A stretch of DNA of 57,879 nucleotides from Aulosira sp. ZfuVER01 (lineage in GTDB: Bacteria > Cyanobacteriota > Cyanobacteriia > Cyanobacteriales > Nostocaceae): contig JAVRCV020000060.1 in NCBI GenBank assembly GCA_034530615.2, positions 1-57,879 of the forward strand, written 5' to 3'. A program made the position numbers and the translations under genes. A model generated the notes under the pieces. The model saw only the letters and a list, made by a program, of their open reading frames with translations, did not search any database and was not told where the DNA came from. Positions 27,399 through 37,800 of the stretch are shown one piece after another; within the stretch, counting starts at the first letter, position 1, and each line of letters begins with the position of its first letter.

Positions 27399-30300
27399 AT
27401 GCAACGATCTCAAAAAGAAACCGTGACGCTAGAAGATATTGTCATCACTGAGGAGGTATTCCAGCGAAATCCGCGTGCAGCAAACTTAGTCCAAGAAAAT
27501 CAGGCATTGCACGCTTTAGCGCAGCAGTTGGTAAATCAGCCCCAAACGATGCTTCAGAATTTAGTTGACATAACACTAGAATTGTGCAATACAGGAACAG
27601 TAGGGGTCAGTTTACTAGAATTAACAGCAAATGGGGAAGAAATCTTTCGCTGGAATGTGTTAGCAGGAGCGTTAGCACACTATGTAGGCGGCACTACACC
27701 CCGCCATTTTAGCCCCTGTGGTGTCTGCCTGGATCGGGGTACTCCGCAACTTTATTCTTATCCCAATCGCTATTTTACTTATTTACAGGCAGCAAACACT
27801 CCCATTGTTGAAGGGTTAGTGCTACCGCTAATTGCAGATAACCATGCTCTAGGAACAATCTGGATTTTATCGCACGATGAACAGCGGCATTTTGATAGTG
27901 AAGATGTGCGGGTAATGACGAGTTTGGCAGATTTTGCTGCTGCGGCATTGCTACTGAATCAGCGACAGACTCAGGAATTGCTAGCGAAGAATGCCCAATT
28001 AGAAGCGGAGGCTGCGGAACGTCAACGAGCCGAAAAGTTGGTGCGGGAGTCGGAAGCATACTTCCGCGCGATGATGGAGAATCTACCAGGTGGGGCTGCA
28101 TTTGTCGTTGACCGCAATCTGCGCTATCTACTTGCCGAAGGCGAAGCACTTCATACAGCCGGATTTAAAAGCGCAGATTTAGTTGGCAAAACTATTTTTG
28201 AAGTGCTGAGTCACGAATTAGCAGCAAATTATGAGGTGAATTACCAAAGAGCGCTTGCTGGGGAGCCGTTTGAACACGAGCACAATGCCCATAATCGCAC
28301 TTACATCTCACGGGGAACGCCGCTTCGGGCTGACAATGGGGAAATATATGCTGTGCTTGCAGTTTCTTATGATATTACGGAACGCAAACGCGCAGAAGTT
28401 GCCTTGCGTGAATCCGAAGCTCGGTTGCAGGCTGTCGCCAACCTCGTCCCCGACCTGCTTTGGGACAGCGAACCGGACGGTTCCACCAACTGGTACAACC
28501 AGCAATGGATGGAATATACAGGGCAAACCTTCGAGCAGGCGATCGGCTGGGGCTGGATAGACGCGATTCACCCTGGCGATCGCCAAGGGTCAGCGCAGCG
28601 TTACCGGGAAGCCGTCGAACAGGGGATGCCGCTCTTACAGGAACACCGCATTCGGCGGCATGATGGAGCCTATCGCTGGTTTGTCGTCAAGGCTTCGCCG
28701 CTCAAGGATGAGAATGGCAAGGTCATCAAGATGTATGGTGCGGCGACCGATATTCACAATCGCAAACAAGCCGAGGATGCCCTGCGGGAATCGGAGGAGA
28801 AATATCGATCGCTATTCAACTCGATGGATGAGGCGTATGCCGTCGTCGAAGTCCTATCGGATGAGAACGGTGAGTGGAACGACTTTCTCTTCTTGGAGGT
28901 TAACCCTGCTTTTGTTGCCCAGACGGGGATGGAGTATCCGGTCGGACGCAAAGCCACAGAACTGCTGGGAACCCCCAATCCAGAGTGGGCAAAGGTGTAT
29001 GGGCAGGTTGCTGCAACAGGCGCACCGATTCGGTTTGAAGAAGGTGAAGCTACCCTGGGACGAGTTTTTGACCTGTATGTTTTTCGTTTAGGGGGAGATG
29101 GGAGCCGTCGCGTGGCGGTTCTGTTTACGGATATCACCGATCGCAAACGCCGCGAGGCGAATCTCGCCCTGATCGCCAAAATCTCTGAAGACTTTGCGAA
29201 CCTCGCTTCCGAAACGGAAATTATGCAATCGATCGGGGCGCGGCTGGCAAGCCATCTGCGGCTCGACGGCTTCAACTTTTGCGACGTTGACGAAGTGGGC
29301 GGAACAACGACGGTCACCTACGTCTGGAATGCAGCGGGCGTACCACAACACACCGGAACCTACCGGATTGCCGATTATATGACCGAAGAATTTGTCCAGA
29401 CGATGCGACGCGGAGAAATTTGGGTCGTCTACGATACGCAAGGAGACGATCGCGTTAACCCAGAAGCCACTGCCGCTATCGGTCTTGGAGCCTACATCGT
29501 CATTCCGTATCATCGGCAGGGTGAATGGACGGGGTGTTTCACGGCAACCGATCGCAGGGCACGCCACTGGACAACCGATGAAATTGCGCTGATTCAAGAT
29601 GTGACAAGCCGCACTTTCCCACGGCTCGAACGCGCCCGCACTGAAACATCCTTACATGAATCGGAAGCCAAATATCGATCGCTGTTCAATTCGATCGATG
29701 CAGGCTTTTGTATCTTCGAGATGCTCTACAACGAGGCGGGTGAGGCGATCGATTTCCGCTACATCGAGACAAATCCAGCCTTCGAGCGGCAGACTGGGCG
29801 CATACCGCAGCCAGGGCAGACGATGCGGGAGCTTTTCCCGGAAACAGAGGACATGTGGCTCAAGGACTACGCAGAGGTTGCCCGTACCGGACAGCCAAAG
29901 CGTTTTATTGACTTTCACGCAGAACTCGATCGCTGGTTCGATGTTTTTGTCTTTCCCACCAGCAACGGCAAGAATCAGCTTGCAGCACTCTTCAGCGATG
30001 TCTCGGAGAGCAAACGCGCAGAAGAACAGTTGCGCCGCGCGGCTGAGATGGATGCGTTTCGGCTGAAGTTATCGGATGCGCTGCGATCGCTCACCGATCC
30101 GGTTGAAATTCAGACAGAAGCGATGCGCATTCTGGGCGAGCATCTTCAGGTTGACCTCGCGCTGTATGCCGAAGTCAGCGACGACGGTGAAAAAGTGCAT
30201 ATTCCCGATGCCTACGTATCCGGCGCGGTGCCCAAAATAACGGGCGATTTCCCGGTCAATGACTTTGGCGGCGCGGTAATCGAGACAATGCGCCGTGGGG

Positions 30301-32594
30301 AAGTGTCCCTGGTCAACGATGTGAGTCGCGCTCCCGAAATTACCGAAGCGGTATTGCCAGCTTACACCAATTTGAATATCGCTGCCTTTGTCGTTGCGCC
30401 GCTCGTCAAGAGTAATCGCTGGGTTTCCAACCTCGCCATATATCACGCCAGCCCGCGCGAGTGGCGGGCGGACGAAATCGCCATTTTACAGGAAACTGCG
30501 GAAAGAACTTGGGCGACAGTCGAACGCGCCCGCGCCGAAAATGCGATGCGCGAATTAGAAATTCAGCGATTTCGAGAACAATCCGCCCGCGAAGAGGAAC
30601 GGCAACGCGCTGAAGCTCTGGCAGAACTCGATCGCGCTAAAACTCTCTTTTTCAGCAACGTCAGCCACGAATTCCGCACGCCGCTGACACTGTTACTCGC
30701 TCCCCTGCAAGATGCCTTGAGCGATTCTGCCAATCCCATACCTCCAGCACAACGAGAACGGCTAGAACTCTCCCACCGCAACAGCTTGCGTTTGCTGAAA
30801 CTGGTTAATACCCTGCTCGACTTCTCCCGCATTGAAGCCGGACGCATGGAAGCAGTTTATGAACCGACCGACTTAGCAATGTTCACCACTGAGTTAGCCA
30901 GTGTATTTCGTTCCGCCATTGAACGGGCTGGGCTGCGGCTAGTGGTCGATTGCCCACCGATAAGCGAGCCTGTATACGTAGACCGGGAAATGTGGGAGAA
31001 AATTGTCCTGAATTTGCTCTCCAACGCCTTTAAATTTACCCTAGAAGGCGAAATCGCCGTCAGGCTGCATCTTGGTGATGACCATCATGTAAAACTACAG
31101 ATAGAAGACACAGGCACAGGGATTTTGTCAGAAGAACTGCCCCATCTTTTTGAGCGATTTTACCAAGTGCGTGGGGCAAAAGCCAGAACTCATGAAGGTT
31201 CGGGTATTGGTCTAGCTTTAGTGCATGAGTTAATCAAAATGCATGGTGGAACCATAGAAGTAAGCAGCACACCAAGGGTAGGCAGCTGCTTTACCATCAC
31301 CATTCCCTTAGGCACAGCACACCTATCGAGCGATCGCCTACGACGAGTCGTAGGCGATCGCTCTCAAGTCACACGCACCTTGGCATCAACTGCATTAGGT
31401 GCAGCCCCTTATGTTCAGGAAGCAGAACGGTGGATAGGAGAAGAAGACATGGGGACACGGGGACACGGGGACGCGGGGGATTTTTCTCTCTCCGCGTCCC
31501 CGCGTCTCCCCCTCTCCGTGTCTTCCCGTGTTCTCATCGTCGATGACAATGCCGATATGCGCGATTACCTCACGCGGATATTAAGCGATCGCGTTGAAGT
31601 CCAAGCCGTTGCTGATGGGGCAGCAGCACTAGCGGCGGTGAATGAGCGATCGCCGGATCTGGTTCTCAGTGATGTAATGATGCCAGGATTAGACGGCTTT
31701 GAGTTGTTGAAAGCTTTGCGGGCTGATGCACGGACAAAAGAAGTACCGATAATTCTGCTTTCTGCCCGTGCTGGGGAAGAGTCTGTAATTGAAGGGCTTC
31801 TTGCTGGGGCTGACGATTACCTTATTAAACCCTTTTCAGCTACCGAACTTGTCACTCGTGTTAATGCTTATCTGCAATTGGCACACCTGCGCTCAGAAAC
31901 TCTCCGCCAAGAAAGAACAATTAACCACAGAAAAGATGAGGTACTATCAACAGTTTCTCACGAACTCAACACCCCCTTAGTCGCCATTCTCGGTTGGACG
32001 CGGTTACTGCGAAGCAGTTCTCCCAGTCAAGCCATGCTGATGAAAGCGCTGGAGACAATAGAACGCAATGCCACTTTGCAAGCCAAACTTGTGCAAGATT
32101 TGCTCGATATCTCGCGGATTACTGCGGGTAAAATTAGCCTGAATCTAGAGCCAGTCGAACTGCAAGGGGTAATTGAAAATGCGATCGCCACAGTGCGTCA
32201 ATCCTACCAAACCAAAGACATTCACCTCGATTGTCTGCTCGATCCATTACCAACAATCGTACAAGGCGACCCAGAACGGTTACAACAAATCATCTTAAAT
32301 TTACTGAGTAATGCAGTCAAATTTACACCTGAAAGGGGAAGAATTGAACTTAGCCTGCAAACTCATGAAAATCAAGCCCAAGTTATAGTCAGCGATACTG
32401 GCTGCGGCATAGATAACGAGTTTTTACCATACATCTTTGATACTTTCCGGCAAGCAGACGGTGTAAAAAAAGGACTAGGGTTAGGACTTGCGATCGCCCG
32501 TAGCTTAGTCGAACTCCACGGCGGTACAATTCATGCTCACAGCCTAGGTATTGGGCAAGGTACAACTTTTATTGTCAAGCTACCGTTGATATAG
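27399..32594 (+). CDS. Large multi-GAF/PAS hybrid kinase with HisKA-HATPase-REC-HisKA-HATPase output
   Basis: GAF, several PAS/PAC (DITERK, DIHNRK, DITDRK) and two more GAF domains; SHEFRTPL; REC; SHELNTPL. Likely start is ATG 27399, after GGAG. Confidence 0.92.
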   Translation: MQRSQKETVTLEDIVITEEVFQRNPRAANLVQENQALHALAQQLVNQPQTMLQNLVDITLELCNTGTVGVSLLELTANGEEIFRWNVLAGALAHYVGGTTPRHFSPCGVCLDRGTPQLYSYPNRYFTYLQAANTPIVEGLVLPLIADNHALGTIWILSHDEQRHFDSEDVRVMTSLADFAAAALLLNQRQTQELLAKNAQLEAEAAERQRAEKLVRESEAYFRAMMENLPGGAAFVVDRNLRYLLAEGEALHTAGFKSADLVGKTIFEVLSHELAANYEVNYQRALAGEPFEHEHNAHNRTYISRGTPLRADNGEIYAVLAVSYDITERKRAEVALRESEARLQAVANLVPDLLWDSEPDGSTNWYNQQWMEYTGQTFEQAIGWGWIDAIHPGDRQGSAQRYREAVEQGMPLLQEHRIRRHDGAYRWFVVKASPLKDENGKVIKMYGAATDIHNRKQAEDALRESEEKYRSLFNSMDEAYAVVEVLSDENGEWNDFLFLEVNPAFVAQTGMEYPVGRKATELLGTPNPEWAKVYGQVAATGAPIRFEEGEATLGRVFDLYVFRLGGDGSRRVAVLFTDITDRKRREANLALIAKISEDFANLASETEIMQSIGARLASHLRLDGFNFCDVDEVGGTTTVTYVWNAAGVPQHTGTYRIADYMTEEFVQTMRRGEIWVVYDTQGDDRVNPEATAAIGLGAYIVIPYHRQGEWTGCFTATDRRARHWTTDEIALIQDVTSRTFPRLERARTETSLHESEAKYRSLFNSIDAGFCIFEMLYNEAGEAIDFRYIETNPAFERQTGRIPQPGQTMRELFPETEDMWLKDYAEVARTGQPKRFIDFHAELDRWFDVFVFPTSNGKNQLAALFSDVSESKRAEEQLRRAAEMDAFRLKLSDALRSLTDPVEIQTEAMRILGEHLQVDLALYAEVSDDGEKVHIPDAYVSGAVPKITGDFPVNDFGGAVIETMRRGEVSLVNDVSRAPEITEAVLPAYTNLNIAAFVVAPLVKSNRWVSNLAIYHASPREWRADEIAILQETAERTWATVERARAENAMRELEIQRFREQSAREEERQRAEALAELDRAKTLFFSNVSHEFRTPLTLLLAPLQDALSDSANPIPPAQRERLELSHRNSLRLLKLVNTLLDFSRIEAGRMEAVYEPTDLAMFTTELASVFRSAIERAGLRLVVDCPPISEPVYVDREMWEKIVLNLLSNAFKFTLEGEIAVRLHLGDDHHVKLQIEDTGTGILSEELPHLFERFYQVRGAKARTHEGSGIGLALVHELIKMHGGTIEVSSTPRVGSCFTITIPLGTAHLSSDRLRRVVGDRSQVTRTLASTALGAAPYVQEAERWIGEEDMGTRGHGDAGDFSLSASPRLPLSVSSRVLIVDDNADMRDYLTRILSDRVEVQAVADGAAALAAVNERSPDLVLSDVMMPGLDGFELLKALRADARTKEVPIILLSARAGEESVIEGLLAGADDYLIKPFSATELVTRVNAYLQLAHLRSETLRQERTINHRKDEVLSTVSHELNTPLVAILGWTRLLRSSSPSQAMLMKALETIERNATLQAKLVQDLLDISRITAGKISLNLEPVELQGVIENAIATVRQSYQTKDIHLDCLLDPLPTIVQGDPERLQQIILNLLSNAVKFTPERGRIELSLQTHENQAQVIVSDTGCGIDNEFLPYIFDTFRQADGVKKGLGLGLAIARSLVELHGGTIHAHSLGIGQGTTFIVKLPLI
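31328..31363. repeat. Perfect hairpin formed by a 24-bp insertion at a HIP1 site, in-frame in the kinase
   Basis: GAGCGATCGCCTACGA-cgag-TCGTAGGCGATCGCTC, with HIP1 at 31330-37 and 31354-61. Confidence 0.8.
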
Positions 32595-32736
32595 CAGGGG
32601 GCAGAAGGCAGGAGGTAAAAACACTACTGTTCCTGAAATTTACGCTTTTATCATGTCCTAATCTAACGTGAGTTCTATGAACCTGTCCTGGGTTGAAGTA
32701 TTGGTATTACCCCACCCTAACCCTGCCCTTGTAAAG

Positions 32737-32902
32737 CTACGGTGTACACAGATCTCGGTGCTAGATGCAAAATGTGCTTAGATCCCCCTAAATCCCCCTT
32801 AAAAAAGGGGACTTTAAGAGGTTTTTGCCCCCCTTTTTAAGGGGGGTTGGGGGGATCAAAAGCCTGTGGAGCAACTCCAAAAGACTTGTGTGTACACTGT
32901 AG
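32737..32902. mobile_element. 166-bp MITE (TIR CTACGGTGTACAC) with 10-bp target duplication
   Basis: CCTTGTAAAG at 32727-36 and 32903-12. TIRs ctacggtgtacaca/tgtgtacactgtag. Confidence 0.85.
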
Positions 32903-33050
32903 CCTTGTAAAGGGGGATTTAGGGGGATCTAGATATGTGCAACTACGCATTAAATTGCTATAAGTAAGCCACCATAAAAACAAACTATCTTACTCAACAT
33001 AAATACCATTGAAACCCTAACTAATAACAGCCCCCATTCATTATCTGTAA

Positions 33051-34682
33051 TTACGCCGACCTATTTACAGGTAATAAAAGTCGAGAATTAGCCTCACTAC
33101 CACAACTCACTGTTAAAGTAATAATCTGAGTATGAAGTAAACCTTCGCTATTAATTACTGCTCCAGTTCCAGAGTTCATTGGGTAAGCTGGAAAACAGGC
33201 TGCACTCAAACTCAGACGTAAAGCGTTACCTTGAGGGATACACGCACAAGTCGCTTGCAGTTGGATTTTTGTAGGTGTAGGATTCGTCTCAGCTCGACAA
33301 TGTATGTAACCTTGGGTCAAATTATACACTTGCCCATCAGGATGAACTTCCGACAGCACCGCACACAAATCATAACTTGGTTGGTCGGCGCTGCAAAAGA
33401 CTTCTACTATTACATCCCCTGCTAAATGCAAGTCGGCTGCTAGAGGTTGACTAGTGTAAGTTAATACATCTGAGCGTAAATCTAAATGCGATCGCTCAAA
33501 TACTCCCGCCGGAATTGCTGCATGACCACCCAAAGCTGGAACCGGTCGCCAAGGGTCGTGAACTAACACATCAGTAGTGCTGAGTGCTGAGTGCTGAGTG
33601 CTGAGGGTTCCTGAATCTTCGCGGATGCTAGCTAATCCGGTAGTTGACAAATAATAAGATTTTTGAGTTGATGTTGGTAGGCTAGGGAAAGTGCGCCAAA
33701 TATTACTTCCCATCTCAAACAAACAGACAGGTTGTTCTTGCAGTAAACCTGTATCTACACCTTTAAGAAATTGGTCAAACCAGCGAATTTGCATCCTATC
33801 TACAGGACTAGCTGCTTTAGCGCCGAAATCAGCATCACCAACTTTACGACCCCAAGGTAAATGTGCCCAAGGCCCAACTAATAAATGTTGGGGTGTGTTG
33901 CTACGGGCTGCCATATCTTTATATAAATGCAGAGTACCCCGCAAATAAGTATCAAACCATCCCCCAATGTGGAACATAGGTAAATCGACAGTTTGTAAGT
34001 GGTTTTTGGGCGAAAGTTCTTGCCAATATGCTGCATCTGGTTGGGAATTAGCCAACCAATCGTGATAAAAAGATTCCGGAGCTAAATTTTTGAGAATTTC
34101 TGGATTATTTAAAGGTAGCTTGCGAGAAGCTGAAAATAATGATTTGTAGGCTGCTGTATCTTGTCGCAATCGTGCGGTTTCAGTTGCTAATTGAATTGCC
34201 CAAGCAAGATTACTTTGAAAACAGAATGCACCACCTTCATAAGCCCAATCTGCATACAAATCATAGCCAATCATTGCCGGACAAATTGTTGTTAAAGCGG
34301 CTGGTTGATTAACGGCTGCATATAGTTGAGTCATGCCTTGATAAGAAAAGCCATACATCCCCACCTTGCCATTACTCTGAGGAAGATTTGCCGCCCAATT
34401 TACCGTATCTTCGCCATCGGCAATTTCATGAGCAAATAATTTAAATTCTCCCTCAGAAGTGCCTCTCCCCCGCACATCTTGAATCACGACGATGTAACCT
34501 TGGGCTGCATACCAGGTAGGATGAGCATAAACAACAGTAGATGCGATCGCTCTGCCATAAGGTTGCCGCATTAATAATACTGGAAACTCACCCTCAGCAT
34601 CAGGACGATAAATATCTGCATCTAAGCGTATACCATCACGGGTATGCATAGACACTGTTTGTTTAGGAATAACTTTGAGCAT
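33051..34682 (-). CDS. CocE/NonD-family serine hydrolase
   Basis: RDGIRLDADIYRP, QDVRGRG, GFSYQG nucleophile elbow, GGWFD and GPWAH. Confidence 0.93.
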   Translation of the reverse strand: MLKVIPKQTVSMHTRDGIRLDADIYRPDAEGEFPVLLMRQPYGRAIASTVVYAHPTWYAAQGYIVVIQDVRGRGTSEGEFKLFAHEIADGEDTVNWAANLPQSNGKVGMYGFSYQGMTQLYAAVNQPAALTTICPAMIGYDLYADWAYEGGAFCFQSNLAWAIQLATETARLRQDTAAYKSLFSASRKLPLNNPEILKNLAPESFYHDWLANSQPDAAYWQELSPKNHLQTVDLPMFHIGGWFDTYLRGTLHLYKDMAARSNTPQHLLVGPWAHLPWGRKVGDADFGAKAASPVDRMQIRWFDQFLKGVDTGLLQEQPVCLFEMGSNIWRTFPSLPTSTQKSYYLSTTGLASIREDSGTLSTQHSALSTTDVLVHDPWRPVPALGGHAAIPAGVFERSHLDLRSDVLTYTSQPLAADLHLAGDVIVEVFCSADQPSYDLCAVLSEVHPDGQVYNLTQGYIHCRAETNPTPTKIQLQATCACIPQGNALRLSLSAACFPAYPMNSGTGAVINSEGLLHTQIITLTVSCGSEANSRLLLPVNRSA

Positions 34683-34888
34683 AGAAAATTATGGAATAAC
34701 TTTGAGGGCTAAATATTGATAAAGTTAGGAATATATATAATAAATTTTCCAGAGACAATTTTTTACTAAAAAACTTATACCAATTCCAACTCAATGAAAC
34801 GCTGACACTATATTCATTTTGAATTTTGCGAAAAATTGAGCCAGTGCGTTGGTGTTAGCGTAGCGGTAGCAATGACAAATGGCAAAAT

Positions 34889-37800
34889 TCAAGTCCGTCC
34901 GGCGAGATTGGCAACTACGGCAACTAATTCTGCGGGATTCACAGGTTTGGGGATGTGGAGTTGAAAGCCTGCTAACAAAGCTCTTGTACGGTCTTCAGAT
35001 CTGGCATAGGCTGTGAGTGCTACTGCGGGAATTTGTCCTCCTTGCTCTGAAGGCAAGGATCTGAGTTGACGAATGAGTGTGTAGCCATCTGCTTCTGGCA
35101 TACCTATATCGCTTACCAGTACATCGGGATGAAATTGTGGCACGGCAATTAAGGCTTCAGCAGCAGATGCAACTGTCATTACTTGGGCACCAGATTGTGA
35201 CAGAACTGTGGTGAGTAATTGTCGGGCATCTTGCTCATCATCAACGACTAACACGCGCACGCCTTCAAGTGACAATGGGTTATTTGGGGAAATTTCGCTG
35301 TTGATGGAGCGATCGCTCAATACTGATATAGTATTCTCGACATAAACAGCTCTCATGGGTAAATTGACAATAAAAGTCGCTCCTTGTCCAATTCCTGGGC
35401 TTTCCGCAGAAACTGTACCGCCGTGCAATTCTACCAGATGACGGACGATCGCCAACCCTAAACCAAGTCCGCCATGCGATCGCGTGCTAGAACTATCGGC
35501 TTGGCGAAAGCGTTCAAATACATGGGGTAGGAAGTCGTTAGCAATTCCCTCGCCTGTATCGCTTACCCGAATTTGAATCTGAGAATGTCTGCGTTTCAGT
35601 TGCACATCGACTCTGCCGCCTTTGGGTGTGAACTTGACAGCATTGGAGAGTAAATTCCAAATAATTTGTTGCAAGCGGTTGACATCGCCCATCACCACCC
35701 CTATTTTCGGGTCAAATCTGCATTCAATGCGAATTTCTTTGGCATCGGCGGCGGGCTGTACAGTTTCAATTGCTGCTTCTACAACTGGTATAAGTTCTAC
35801 TTGCTGGAGATTCAAGGAGAGTTTGCCTTGAATAATCCGGGAAACATCTAAAACATCTTCAATCAGTTGTGCTAGGGACTTGGTATTACGATCAATTGTC
35901 TCTAAAGCGCGAGCCTTAGTAGCTTCATCCAATTGGCGCTTTTTGAGTAGTTGTGTCCAACCCATCATGGCGCTGAGAGGGGTACGCAGTTCGTGGGAAA
36001 GGGTGCCTAAAAACTCATCTTTCATGCGGTTAACAGCTTCAGCTTCGGCTAATAGTCGTTCGCGTTCTTGCTCTGAGAGTTTGCGATCGGTAATATCAAG
36101 CAAGAAGCCATGTAGTAGCTGTGGCTGACTTTCATCCCGTATAACATTCACAATGTCATATATCCAGACTACTCTGCCATCTGCTGCTAACATTCTGTAT
36201 TCAAATTCATAATTATCCAGTGAAAGTGAAGATTCTATACAATACTTAACTGCCCACTCGCGATCGTCTGGGTGAATGTGTTCTTCCCAAAAATTGTCGG
36301 CGTACCAGTCTGTTGATGGATAACCAAGAATCTCTTCAGTTTGCGGTCCCACATAAGTAAAATTTCCTGTATTGGCATCTACTTCCCAAGGGATTACCCG
36401 GACTTTTTCTGCGAGTTTCCTAAAGCGTTCCTCACTCTGTTTCAGAGCATTTTGGGCTTGTTTGTTATCTGTAATATCGTTAATTAGAGCGACAAATCCT
36501 TCTACTTCTCCCTGTTGATTGAATTGAGGAACATAAGAGATGTTAACGTCATGAATGCTGCCCTTTGGGGAAACCATTTGAGTTTCGTAGGTTACTAATT
36601 CTCCTGATAATACTGTTTCTATATAAGGACGAATTGCCTCATAACCTGACTCACCGACAATTTCTTGGATGTGCTGGCCACACATTTGCGAAGCTTTAAT
36701 GCCATACCATTCTTCGTATTTGCGATTATTAAAGCGGTAACGTTGCTGGGCATCGACATAGGAAATAAACACAGGTACAGCATTTGTAATTAGCTGTAAT
36801 TGTTCTTCTCTTTGGCGCAGTGCTGCTTCTACTTGTTTGCGTGCAGTTAAATCTAAATAAAATCCGATAATTTCTTCTCGATCGCCCTCAGACTCTTGCA
36901 ATAATGCCGCACCAATCATAATCGGAACGCGACTACCATCTTTGCGAATGTATTCTTTTTCAAAGGGAGTAGAAATTCCATTTTTCCTGAGTTCTTCTGC
37001 GGCCTTGGCATCCAAGGAGAGGTATTCTGCTGGTGTCATGATATCCCAGCGCAATTCACCTGCACCCATATCGGCTAAAGTATAGCCAACCATGTTCAAA
37101 AAATATTCATTGGCATAGGAGATACTACCGTCGAATTTGCTAAAAGCTACACCAAAAATATTAGATTCTACTAGCCTGCGAAATCGTTTTTCACTGTTTC
37201 TAATTGCTGCTTCTGCTTGCTTACGTTCTGTAATGTTACGCCATGCAGAAACTCTCACATTACGACCTTTATATATAGATTTTTTACCGAATACTTCTAA
37301 GCTAAAAGTAGTTCGATCTTTTTTTAACCCAGTCACCTCATAAAGCTCGTCATAACCAAAATGTATATTTTCTAAGATAATTTTTTGCGATTCTGGGATT
37401 AAAAATTCTGTCACCGACATCCCGATCGCTTCATCGATTGAATAGCCAAACATTTTGGCAAAAGCTGGGTTGGCATCTAAAATTTTTCCATTGTCGTGAA
37501 TCGCAACACCTTCAATCGTGGCATCAGCTAAAGCAAAAAATCTACTTTGGCTTTCACGCAAGGCATTTTCTGTTTGTTTGATAGCGCTTAAGTCAAGCAC
37601 AAAACTAATGACTTCTTCTATCTTGCTTGCTAATAAGGCAGAACCAATCAGGATGGGAACGCGGCTACCACCTTTGCGGATATATTCTTTCTCAAAAGGC
37701 TGATTTATACCTTGATTGCGCAGTTCTGTAACGGCGCGATCGCTAATTTCTTGATATTCTGGCGGTGTCAGATCGCGCCATCGCACTCGCCCGGATACAA

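Noticed and set aside
27775..30847. Many alternative-frame ORFs within the large kinase
   Set aside because: These are shadow ORFs caused by locally high GC. They have no motifs and fully overlap a well-supported CDS.
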